From: Bifidobacterium sp. | Lineage (GTDB): Bacteria > Actinomycetota > Actinomycetes > Actinomycetales > Bifidobacteriaceae | Length of the DNA: 64,000 nt | Direction of reading: 5' to 3' | Assembly (NCBI RefSeq): GCF_051876855.1 | Contig: NZ_JBJEIH010000024.1 | Location: 11,924-75,923, forward strand | In this document: in pieces, positions 55,317 to 64,000 of the stretch | How positions within the stretch are numbered: position 1 is the stretch's first letter | Layout of the letters: each line of letters begins with the position of its first letter | The notes under the pieces: generated by a model | Databases searched by the model: none | Seen by the model: the letters and a program-made list of their open reading frames with translations, nothing else | Told to the model about the DNA's origin: nothing | Position numbers and translations under genes: made by a program

Positions 55317-56069
55317 ATGATCAAGGTTTCCGTCGTCGGCGCCAAGGGACGCATGGGGTCGCACGTGGTCGAAGCGGTGAACGGGGCAGAGGACACGAGC
55401 CTTGCGCTTGCGCTCGACGCGGGTGACGACCTTACGCAGATCACCCCCGAAAACACCGATGTCGTCGTCGAATTCACAGTGCCGACCGTCTCGCTGGACA
55501 ACGTGCTCGCTCTTGTCGCCCAAGGCGTCAACGTGGTTGTCGGCACAACTGGATGGACCGACGAGAAACTCGACCAGGTCCGTGCCGCGCTCGCCAAGGC
55601 TCCACGCGAAAACCAGAGCGTGTTTATCGCCCCGAATTTCGCGATTTCCGCGGTGCTGGCGGACTATTTCGCGAAGGTCGCGGCACCCTATTTCGAATCC
55701 GCTGAGGTAATCGAACTGCATCATCCGAATAAGGTGGATGCGCCTTCCGGCACGGCGATCCACACCGCGCACGCCATCGCCGAAGCGCGGAAGGATGCCG
55801 GTCTTGGCGCTGTCCCGGACAATACGCAGACCGACGGCGGCTCGCGCGGCCAGGTGATTGACGGCATCCACGTGCATGCGGTGCGTCTGCGCGGCCTCAA
55901 CGCCCATGAGGAGGTCCTGTTCGGCAACGCCGGCGAGCAGCTGACGATTCGCGCCGACAGCTTCGACCGCTTCTCCTTCATGCCCGGCGTCCTGCTCGCC
56001 GTGCGCAAGATTGCGTCCGGCAACTACCCCGGTCTCACCATCGGCCTAGACCACTTCCTCAACCTCTAA
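55317..56069 (+). CDS. dapB: 4-hydroxy-tetrahydrodipicolinate reductase
   Basis: GAKGRMG, VGTTG, ELHHPNKVDAPSGTA; AAGGAG RBS. Confidence 0.96.
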   Translation: MIKVSVVGAKGRMGSHVVEAVNGAEDTSLALALDAGDDLTQITPENTDVVVEFTVPTVSLDNVLALVAQGVNVVVGTTGWTDEKLDQVRAALAKAPRENQSVFIAPNFAISAVLADYFAKVAAPYFESAEVIELHHPNKVDAPSGTAIHTAHAIAEARKDAGLGAVPDNTQTDGGSRGQVIDGIHVHAVRLRGLNAHEEVLFGNAGEQLTIRADSFDRFSFMPGVLLAVRKIASGNYPGLTIGLDHFLNL

Positions 56070-56081
56070 CCTCACTTCCCT

Positions 56082-56230
56082 CCTTCTACCGACGCTGAGA
56101 CCGTCCTGAGCGTCGGTAGAAGGTTGCGTTTCTGTTTCTGCCGACGCTGAGCACCGTCTGAGTGTCGGTGGTGGGTTTTGCCGACGCTGAGATGGTCCTG
56201 AGTGTCGGTAGAGAGTTGTGCCGACGCTGG
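56082..56230. repeat. REP-like palindromic repeats (3 full, 1 partial)
   Basis: CCGACGCTGAG-N6-CTGAGYGTCGG at 56089, 56141, 56181; partial at 56221. Confidence 0.85.
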
Positions 56231-56304
56231 GTGGCTTGGAAGCCTCAAGTGGGGCTTGTGGGAGACGGGGTCTGCGTCCCACCCCAGAGGTACGGTTACC
56301 AAGT

Positions 56305-57210
56305 ATGAGTGATACCACCATGCATCTTCTTGATCCGGCCCCGTTCGGGCGTATTCTGCCCGCTATGGTGACGCCGATGAAAACTGACGGTTCCATCGAT
56401 TATGAAGCAGCCCAGAAGCTCGCCAAGCAGCTGGTCGCGGATGGCGCCGACGGTCTGGTGGTCAACGGCACAACCGGCGAATCGCCGGTCACCCACATGG
56501 AGGAGAAAGTCGACCTCGTCACCGCGGTCAAGGAAGCGGTTGATGTCCCGATTATCTCCGGTGCCGGCTCGAACGACACCGCGCACACCGTACGCATGGT
56601 CGAGCAGACGCAAGAGGCGGGCTGTGACGCTGTGCTCGTGGTGGCGCCGTACTATTCCCGCCCTTCACAAGAGGGCATTTTCCGTCACTATCAGGCGGTC
56701 AACGAATCGGCGGACAAGCCGATCATCATCTATGACGTCCCGGGTCGCACCGGCGTGCACATCCAGCTGGAAACGTACCGTCGTATGGCTGAGCTGGATC
56801 ACGTCAAGGCGGTCAAGGACGCGACCGGCGACATCGCTGGAGCGGTGCGCAAGCGTCTGGAAACCGGTCTGACTTGGTATTCCGGCGATGATGGTCTGTT
56901 CCTGCCGTTCCTGTCCGTCGGCGCCGTCGGCATCATCTCGGTGATTGCCCATGCGGCCGCCGGCCCGATGCGCGATCTGGCCAATGCGTTCGATCAAGGC
57001 GACATCCATACGGCGCAAAAGATCGCCGTCCAGCTTTCCCCGCTGGTCGAATCGCTCAATGGCACCGGATTCCAGGCGGTCATGGCCAAAGCCGCGCTCA
57101 AGGTTCGCGGCGTGCTGGATTGCACGACGATGCGTCTGCCGAATGTCGGACCGGGCGAACCCGAGTTCGAACGCGCGCGCGAAGGCATGCGCGCCGCCGG
57201 CCTCCTGTGA
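56305..57210 (+). CDS. dapA: 4-hydroxy-tetrahydrodipicolinate synthase
   Basis: NGTTGES, PYY, YDVPGRT, VKDATG. Confidence 0.96.
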   Translation: MSDTTMHLLDPAPFGRILPAMVTPMKTDGSIDYEAAQKLAKQLVADGADGLVVNGTTGESPVTHMEEKVDLVTAVKEAVDVPIISGAGSNDTAHTVRMVEQTQEAGCDAVLVVAPYYSRPSQEGIFRHYQAVNESADKPIIIYDVPGRTGVHIQLETYRRMAELDHVKAVKDATGDIAGAVRKRLETGLTWYSGDDGLFLPFLSVGAVGIISVIAHAAAGPMRDLANAFDQGDIHTAQKIAVQLSPLVESLNGTGFQAVMAKAALKVRGVLDCTTMRLPNVGPGEPEFERAREGMRAAGLL

Positions 57211-57270
57211 CGGGCACTACCTCGCCCACGTATAGGCGCGGGCACTAAGTAACAGAAACCCAACGAGGAA

Positions 57271-59130
57271 ATGGCAAAAGAACAAGAACAGAACAAGAGC
57301 AATTCCCGCAGGCGCGGCCAGCATACCGGCCGCCGCGCCCGCACGTCGTCAGCCCGTAACACCGGCCGTACGACCACGCGCCGTGGATCGCGCCCACAGG
57401 AGTTCGCCACGGCCCCCCAGCAGGACGATGTGCTGATCGCCCCGCCGAAGTACCGCAAGGGCTCGATGCGTATCGTGCCGCTTGGCGGTCTTGGCGAAAT
57501 CGGCCGCAACATGAACGTGGTCGAATACAACGGCCACCTGCTGCTCATCGATTGCGGCGTGCTCTTCCCCGAGGAGGAGCAGCCGGGCGTCGACCTGATC
57601 CTGCCTGATTTCCACTACATCAAGGACCGTCTCGACAAGGTTGAGGCCTTGGTGCTCACCCACGGCCACGAAGACCATATCGGCGGCGTACCGTACCTGC
57701 TCAAGCTGCGTCCGGACATCCCGCTGATCGGTTCCAAGCTGACGCTCGCCTTCGTAGAAGCCAAGTGCAAGGAACACCACATCAGCCCGACGATGATTGA
57801 GGTCAAAGGCCGTGACAAGATCAAGGCCGGCCCGTTCAATCTCGAGTTCGTGACCGTCACCCACTCGATTCCGGACGCGCTTGCCGTATGCGTGCGCACA
57901 CCCGCCGGCTCGCTTATCGACACCGGCGATATCAAGCTTGACCAGCTGCCGCTTGACCACAAGATCACTGATTTGGTTGAGTTCGGCAAGCTTGGCGAAC
58001 GTGGCATCGACCTGCTGATGATGGATTCCACGAACGCGGAAGTCCCCGGATTCGTGCGCCCCGAGACCACGATCGGCCCGGTGCTTGACCGCGTGTTCGC
58101 CGAAGCGACTCGCAAGATCATCGTCGCGAGCTTCTCCAGCCACGTGCACCGCGTGCAGCAGGTCGTCGACGCCGCCCACAAGTACGGCCGCAAGGTCGTC
58201 TTCGTTGGCCGTTCGATGGTGCGCAACATGTCCATCGCAGCCGATTTGGGTTACCTGCACATCCCCGAGGGAACGGTCGTCGACCTCAAGAAGGCCAAGG
58301 ACATCCAGGACGACAAGATCGTCTACATGTGCACCGGTTCGCAGGGCGAGCCGATGGCGGCGCTTGGGCGTATCGCCGACGGCAATCATCGCGATATCAC
58401 CGTCAACGAGTTCGATACCGTGATCCTGGCCAGCTCGCTGATCCCGGGCAACGAGAACGGCGTGTATCGTGTGATCAACAAGCTCGTCCAGCTGGGCGCC
58501 CGCGTGGTGAACAAAGACAATGCGGCGGTTCATGTGTCCGGTCACGCGAACGAGGGCGAACTGCTGTACTTGTACAACATCATCAAGCCGAAGTGCGCGA
58601 TGCCGATCCACGGCGAGAACCGCCATCTGGTCGCCAACGGCTTGATTGCGGTCAAGACGGGCGTGGCCCCGGACAACGTCGTGCTTGCGGAAGACGGCGA
58701 TGTCGTCGACCTGTACCATGGCAAGGCAGCGGTCGTCGGTTCTGTGCCGTGCGGCTATGTGTATGTCGATGGCGATTCGGTCGGCGAACTGACCGATGAG
58801 GATCTCGAGAAGCGCCGCATCCTCGGCACCGAAGGCTTCGTGTCGAGCTTCGTGGTGGTCAATACCGACACCGCGGACGTGCTCTCCGGCCCGAAGATTT
58901 ACCTGAACGCTGTGGCTGAGGACGAAAGCGAGTTCGAAAAGGTCCGTCACCAGATCGTCGAGCAGTTGCAGGACGCGATGATGCAGGGCACCCGCGACAC
59001 GCACAAGCTCCAGCAGATCATGCGTCGTACGCTGGGCAGTTGGGTCGCGCGTCAGCTGCATCGCAAGCCGGTTATCGTGCCGGTGGTCGCCGATATCGCC
59101 CAGCGCGACGAGGACGATCCGCTGCGCTGA
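57271..59130 (+). CDS. rnj: Ribonuclease J
   Basis: PLGGLGEIGRNM, THGHEDHIG, TGSQGEP, HVSGH. Confidence 0.96.
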   Translation: MAKEQEQNKSNSRRRGQHTGRRARTSSARNTGRTTTRRGSRPQEFATAPQQDDVLIAPPKYRKGSMRIVPLGGLGEIGRNMNVVEYNGHLLLIDCGVLFPEEEQPGVDLILPDFHYIKDRLDKVEALVLTHGHEDHIGGVPYLLKLRPDIPLIGSKLTLAFVEAKCKEHHISPTMIEVKGRDKIKAGPFNLEFVTVTHSIPDALAVCVRTPAGSLIDTGDIKLDQLPLDHKITDLVEFGKLGERGIDLLMMDSTNAEVPGFVRPETTIGPVLDRVFAEATRKIIVASFSSHVHRVQQVVDAAHKYGRKVVFVGRSMVRNMSIAADLGYLHIPEGTVVDLKKAKDIQDDKIVYMCTGSQGEPMAALGRIADGNHRDITVNEFDTVILASSLIPGNENGVYRVINKLVQLGARVVNKDNAAVHVSGHANEGELLYLYNIIKPKCAMPIHGENRHLVANGLIAVKTGVAPDNVVLAEDGDVVDLYHGKAAVVGSVPCGYVYVDGDSVGELTDEDLEKRRILGTEGFVSSFVVVNTDTADVLSGPKIYLNAVAEDESEFEKVRHQIVEQLQDAMMQGTRDTHKLQQIMRRTLGSWVARQLHRKPVIVPVVADIAQRDEDDPLR

Positions 59131-59194
59131 ACGAGCGGCACGGCTTCGCGTCGATTTTCGCGGCGACGACAGCTGTGATTCAGCGGCAATTCAT

Positions 59195-59237
59195 GAGTGA
59201 GCGCCGTTCCACCATCTTCGTGGGACGGCGCTCACTC
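59195..59237. terminator. Hairpin after rnj
   Basis: gagtgagcgccgt...acggcgctcactc. Confidence 0.65.
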
Positions 59238-59651
59238 ATATATCATCGGATATATTATCGGCGGGGTCGCGCGGTTTGTTCTGCGATTGTCCTATTGCTG
59301 TTCTGTGATTTCCTGTGGTTGCCCCATGATTACCAGTGATTCCCAGCTCCGCCAATATCATCTGCCTGCGACTTTTCCCTTGTAGCACACCCGGTTCTGT
59401 CGAATAATGGACATTGCCCGTACCGTGGCGTAGAATCGTCACGTTATCGACAACCAGTGCGGCAAGCACTGAAGAACAACCAACATCGCGGCGCGGCGTG
59501 GCTCACATGCCGAGTCGCGATGTTTTGCGTATACACGGCATCATGGCATCAGCCATGCGAATTTCGATACCGGCCGGCAACCACGGACAGTTACACCGTG
59601 CCAACCGGCGGATTCCGACATGCAGCCAAGGCCGTACAAGGAAGGAACGAC

Positions 59652-62258
59652 ATGCCAGGCGCGAACCTCACCAGAGAAGAAGCACAGGAACGTAAATCCA
59701 TCGTCAAGGCGCCCATCCACTATGCCGTCAGCCTCGACCTGACCCAAGGCGCAACGGATTTCGGTTCGACCACCACCATCACTTTCGGCGCAAACACCGG
59801 TGCGAGCACGTTCCTCGACCTGATCGCCGACGACGTCACCTCGATCACCCTCAACGGCAAGGCACTCGACCCGGCGACCGCCTACCGCGACAACCGCATC
59901 GAACTGGCCGGGTTGCTCGAGCACAACGAGGTCACCGTCACCGCCCGCTGCCAGTACTCGCGTACCGGCGAAGGCCTGCATCGCAGCGTCGACCCCTCCG
60001 ACGGCAACATCTACCTGTACACCCAGTTCGAGGTGCCGGACGCCCGTCGCGTCTATGCGGTCTTCGACCAGCCTGATCTCAAAGCGATTTTCGAGTTCCA
60101 CGTGCTCGCCCCACAAAGCTGGATCGTCACGTCGAATATGCCGGTCATCTCCACGCAAGACGTGGACCATATCACCGCTGAGGGCACGCTCGGCGACCAT
60201 CCGGCGGAAAGCTCCCGCCAGTGGACGTTTGAGCCCACCCCGGTGATGAGCTCCTACCTGACCGCGATCTGCGCCGGTCCGTATGCGCAGTGGCACACCG
60301 AATACGCGAACGAGGACGGTCGTACCGTCCCGATGGCGCTCTACTGCCGTCAGGCGCTCAAGGATGCGCTCGACAAGGACGCTGATTACCTGTTCGACAT
60401 CACCAAGAAGGGCTTCGCGTTCTACGCCAAGACCTGGGGTGTGCCGTACCCGTACGCCAAGTACGACCAAATCTTTGTGCCGGAATACAATGCGGGCGCG
60501 ATGGAGAACATCGGCATGGTCACCATCCGCGACCAGTACGTGTTCGAATCCAAGGTGACTGACGCGTATGCTGAGCGCCGCGTAGTCACCGTGCTGCACG
60601 AGCTCGCCCACATGTGGTTCGGCGATTATGTGACCATGAAGTGGTGGAATGATCTGTGGCTGAACGAATCCTTCGCCGAATTCATGTCCACGCTCGCCAC
60701 CGCGGAGGCGACCGAATGGCATGACGCGTGGGCGACCTTCAGCTCCGGCGAGAAGAGCTGGGGCCAGGCGCAAGACCAGCTGCCGACCACCCACCCGATC
60801 GTTGCGCCGATCAACGACCTGAACGACACCTACGTGAACTTCGACGGCATCACCTATGCGAAGGGCGCGTCCGTGCTCAAGCAGCTCGTCGCCTATGTCG
60901 GCCGCGACAAGTTCTTCGAAGGTATCAACCACTACCTCAACAAGCACGCGTACAGCAACGCCACGCTCGCCGACCTGCTCTCCGAACTCGAACAGACCTC
61001 CGGACGCGACCTCAAGGCCTGGAGCAAGCAGTGGCTGGAAGCCGCGGGTATCAACACCATCAGCGCCCGCGTTGACGAGAACACCGACGGCACCATCGCA
61101 ACGCTGACCCTCGACCAGAGCGCGCCCGCCGAGCATCCCGTGCTGCGGCCTCACCGTCTGGCGGTCGGCTTCTACAACGAGAACGCCGACGGGCAGATCG
61201 TGCGTACCGACCGGTTCGAACTCGACGTGACCGGCGAGCATACGACCGTCGAGGAAGCCGCCGGCAAGAAGCGTCCGGCCTTCATCCTCGTCAACGACGA
61301 TGACCTGACGTACACCAAGTTGCGGTTCGACGCGCAATCCCTCGAATTCGCGGCGGACAACCTCTACCGCTTCGCTGACCCGCTTGCGCGGTCCGTGGTG
61401 TGGCTGTCCCTGTGGGATATGACCCGTGACGGCGAATTCCCGGCCGAACGCTTCATCAACACGAGTCTCGACGCGCTGGCGACCGAACACGAGTCCACCA
61501 CCTTCCGCTATGCGCTCGCCCAGGTGTCCACGACGGCCCACCACTATGTCGCCCCCGTCCGCAGCGCCGACGTGGCGAAGAACACCGCCGAGCGCCTGTG
61601 GAAGCTCGCCGGCAAGGCGAAGGCCGGCTCCGACGAGCAGTTCCAGCTGGTCGGCGCCTACCTCACCTACGGCGTGGAAGGCGACGAGCGGTTCCTTGCC
61701 AATGCGGAGGGCCTGTTGAGCGGCAATGTCAAGCTCGAGGGGCTGGACATCGACAACAACATGCGCTGGACGATCCTCAAGGCGCTCGCCGGTGTGAACG
61801 CCATCGACAACGCACGCATCGACGAGGAGCTCGCCAAGCGCGACACGACCGAGAACCGTGAATTCGCCTACGGAGCCCGTGCGAGCCGTGCGACGACCAA
61901 GGCGAAGGCGTGGGCGTGGGATCAGGCGCTGCACAACGGCGATTTGACCAACATGCAGCTTGAAGCGGTCGCCGCAGGCTTCGCGTCCACCCCGCGCGAG
62001 GATCTCGCCAAGCCGTACGCCGCCGAGTATTTCAACCAGGTGGACTGGGTGTGGGAACACAAGACCTTCCACATGGCAGAGGCCCTGCTCGAAGGACTGT
62101 ACCCGTCCTATGCGGATCCGGCGGAACTCGTCCGGCTGGGCGACCAGTGGCTCGGCGAGCACGCCGATGCGCCGCGTGCGTTGCGCCGCATCATCATCGA
62201 GAACGTCGAATCCTCCCGCCGCGTGCTCAAGGTGCGCGCCTACAACGAGGCGCTGTGA
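59652..62258 (+). CDS. pepN: Aminopeptidase N (M1 family)
   Basis: GAMEN, HELAH...WLNE, ITYAKG; GAAGGA RBS. Confidence 0.96.
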   Translation: MPGANLTREEAQERKSIVKAPIHYAVSLDLTQGATDFGSTTTITFGANTGASTFLDLIADDVTSITLNGKALDPATAYRDNRIELAGLLEHNEVTVTARCQYSRTGEGLHRSVDPSDGNIYLYTQFEVPDARRVYAVFDQPDLKAIFEFHVLAPQSWIVTSNMPVISTQDVDHITAEGTLGDHPAESSRQWTFEPTPVMSSYLTAICAGPYAQWHTEYANEDGRTVPMALYCRQALKDALDKDADYLFDITKKGFAFYAKTWGVPYPYAKYDQIFVPEYNAGAMENIGMVTIRDQYVFESKVTDAYAERRVVTVLHELAHMWFGDYVTMKWWNDLWLNESFAEFMSTLATAEATEWHDAWATFSSGEKSWGQAQDQLPTTHPIVAPINDLNDTYVNFDGITYAKGASVLKQLVAYVGRDKFFEGINHYLNKHAYSNATLADLLSELEQTSGRDLKAWSKQWLEAAGINTISARVDENTDGTIATLTLDQSAPAEHPVLRPHRLAVGFYNENADGQIVRTDRFELDVTGEHTTVEEAAGKKRPAFILVNDDDLTYTKLRFDAQSLEFAADNLYRFADPLARSVVWLSLWDMTRDGEFPAERFINTSLDALATEHESTTFRYALAQVSTTAHHYVAPVRSADVAKNTAERLWKLAGKAKAGSDEQFQLVGAYLTYGVEGDERFLANAEGLLSGNVKLEGLDIDNNMRWTILKALAGVNAIDNARIDEELAKRDTTENREFAYGARASRATTKAKAWAWDQALHNGDLTNMQLEAVAAGFASTPREDLAKPYAAEYFNQVDWVWEHKTFHMAEALLEGLYPSYADPAELVRLGDQWLGEHADAPRALRRIIIENVESSRRVLKVRAYNEAL

Positions 62259-62280
62259 CCTGCTGACGCAGGCACGCTGA

Positions 62281-62315
62281 GGGCCGGCCGGCTGCTGTAT
62301 TGCACCGGCCGGCCC
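62281..62315. terminator. Hairpin after pepN
   Basis: gggccggccgg...ccggccggccc. Confidence 0.6.
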
Positions 62316-62334
62316 TTCCGATAACCTGGAACGA

Positions 62335-62351
62335 CATATATAGCATATATG
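62335..62351. promoter_or_regulatory. AT-rich palindrome overlapping the TA promoter (putative operator)
   Basis: CATATA-tagca-TATATG; TATAGT follows and the ATG has no SD. Confidence 0.45.
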
Positions 62352-62364
62352 ATATAGTGGTGCT

Positions 62365-62886
62365 ATGGACACCATTAACGCATTGAAGGCCCGCCGTCTT
62401 GAAGCGGGGTTGAGCCAGCAAGCGGTGGCGTCACGGATGGGCACCACGCAATCGGCATTATCCCGGGCGGAACACGGCGGCAATCCGACCCAGGATTTCC
62501 TGCAACGGTATGACGATGCCCTTTCCGATCTCACGGCGACATCAAGTATCACAGTGAAGTCCGGTAGTACTGTCGATATCACGACGGTGAAGCTGGTCAC
62601 CGGTGCTATCGCCGCGAAATACGGTCTTGCACAAGTGTATCTGTACGGTTCATTCGCTCGTGGGGAGGCGGATGACGATTCCGATATCGACTTGCTGTAT
62701 GTCTCGCGGGAGGCAAGCCAATCCGGCATGGGCGACCTTGCACGATTGAAGGGTGAACTGGAGCGGTCGTTTGGTAGGGAAGTCTCGCTGACCTCGCTTG
62801 TTTCACTGCGTCGACACGCGCAGCGCAGTCGCGCAAGCAGGCGATTCTATGAGCATATTCAGCGCGATATGGTTCGGGTGGTGTGA
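62365..62886 (+). CDS. XRE-HTH plus minimal nucleotidyltransferase (MntA-like antitoxin)
   Basis: LSQQAVASRMGTTQSALSRAE HTH; YGSFARGEADDDSDIDL (GS-x10-DxD). Confidence 0.88.
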   Translation: MDTINALKARRLEAGLSQQAVASRMGTTQSALSRAEHGGNPTQDFLQRYDDALSDLTATSSITVKSGSTVDITTVKLVTGAIAAKYGLAQVYLYGSFARGEADDDSDIDLLYVSREASQSGMGDLARLKGELERSFGREVSLTSLVSLRRHAQRSRASRRFYEHIQRDMVRVV

Positions 62887-63254
62887 TGCATCGACGACAT
62901 ACCGACCAGAGATTCAGAGATGACACGAATCTCATCCGCCTCGCGGAACATCTGGCCCGGGCAAGCCGTGATGCCAGCGCGGTTTCTTCGGTTCAGGAGC
63001 TGGAAACGGATTACATGAGGTTCAATTCGGTCGCTATGGATATGGTCCAGGCCCAGGAGGCTGCGCGGAAGCTATCCGACGGGTTTCTCGAGGAGGTCCC
63101 GCAGCTGCCGTGGCATGAACTGCGGGGATTGCGCAACGCCATCGTCCATGAATACGACGAAATCGACCCTGACGCCCTGTACGTCACCGCCACGGTGGAT
63201 GTTCCGCGGCTGCTTGCCCAGTTGCAGCCGTATCTTGACGCCATCGAGGATTGA
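62883..63254 (+). CDS. HEPN (HepT/DUF86-like) RNase toxin
   Basis: PW..LRGLRNAIVHEY (RxxxxHxY); overlaps the MNT stop. Confidence 0.88.
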   Translation: MMHRRHTDQRFRDDTNLIRLAEHLARASRDASAVSSVQELETDYMRFNSVAMDMVQAQEAARKLSDGFLEEVPQLPWHELRGLRNAIVHEYDEIDPDALYVTATVDVPRLLAQLQPYLDAIED

Positions 63255-63367
63255 ACGCCGGTATTGGCAACGGGATTCTTGCAGACATACAAGTGGCGGG
63301 CCACCCAACCGTTGCGATAGGATGACCCGCCACTTACGTGATACGTTATCGGGACGATTGCCACAGG

Positions 63368-63412
63368 CGAATCCGTCGAATCCGTCGAATCCGTCGAATC
63401 CACGGAATACGT
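63368..63412. repeat. 9-bp tandem repeat (CGAATCCGT), about 5 copies
   Basis: cgaatccgt x3, cgaatccac, ggaatacgt. Confidence 0.85.
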
Positions 63413-63432
63413 AAGGCAACCACCTGCGCCGC

Positions 63433-64000
63433 TTACTTCGCGAGAGCCGCCTTGAGGGACTCCTCAAAGATTTCCAGACCGCGCTTGGTTTGCTCGTCGG
63501 TCATGACGAGCGGGGCGAGGAAGCGGATGACATTGCTGTCGGTGCCTGCGGATTCCATGAGCAGACCGCGCTGGAGAGCCTCCTGGATGAGGTTGGCGAC
63601 GAGCTCGGTGGCCGGTTCCTTGGTTTCACGATCCTTGACGAATTCCACGCCGATCATCGCGCCGAGGCCGCGGATATCGCCGATGACGTCGTACTTCTCG
63701 GCCATCGCCTTGAAGCCCGCGGTCACCTGCTCACCGATATGGCGTGCCTTGGCCGGGAAATCCTCTTCCTTGTAAATCTTCATCGCAGCCAGGCCGGACG
63801 CGCAGGACAGCGGATTGCCGCAGAAGGTGCCGCCGATGGTGCCGGCGGGGGCGGCGTCCATGACCTCGTCACGGCCTGTGATCGCCGAAATCGGCATGCC
63901 GCCGGCGAGGGACTTCGCGGTGGTCACGATATCCGGGGCGGCGCCCGCCTCGGCCCAGTACTCGGAGGCGAAGTACTTGCCGGTACGGCAGTTGCCGCAC
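63433..64000 (-). CDS. gabT: Class III aminotransferase (4-aminobutyrate aminotransferase-like), 5' end outside the window
   Basis: PDIVTTAKSLAGGMP, GGTFCGNP, DIRGLGAMIGVE, VIRFLAPL. Confidence 0.85.
   Translation of the reverse strand, partial: CGNCRTGKYFASEYWAEAGAAPDIVTTAKSLAGGMPISAITGRDEVMDAAPAGTIGGTFCGNPLSCASGLAAMKIYKEEDFPAKARHIGEQVTAGFKAMAEKYDVIGDIRGLGAMIGVEFVKDRETKEPATELVANLIQEALQRGLLMESAGTDSNVIRFLAPLVMTDEQTKRGLEIFEESLKAALAK

Overview
High-GC actinobacterial chromosome segment; gene content and protein sequences point to Bifidobacterium (inference). Housekeeping backbone: fn3/pkb2 (start of a PFNA-type operon), pyrD, polyprenol-P-mannose synthase, DeoR-galT-galK, ACT + UPF0210, trmL, mutY, rpoB-rpoC, a sortase-dependent pilus cluster, an AdnAB-type helicase-nuclease, GNAT, MFS, dapB, dapA, RNase J, pepN, an HTH-MNT/HEPN toxin-antitoxin pair and a partial gabT. 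The most striking element is a ~7 kb island (about 18.9-25.9 kb). It encodes a Sec-secreted protein with 3 CBM26-like starch-binding modules, Ca-binding repeats, an HFS-motif (ZU5-like) domain, a vWA domain and a C-terminal CdiA-EC869-like DNase domain, followed by a CdiI-like immunity gene. On the opposite strand lies an inverted array of toxin-tail remnants and two paralogous immunity genes. This looks like a starch-targeted polymorphic toxin system, possibly invertible. Separately, three intergenic arrays share a ~72-73 bp period and palindromic cores but differ in sequence, with no cas genes in the window. All domain calls come from motif recognition by eye; no searches were run.
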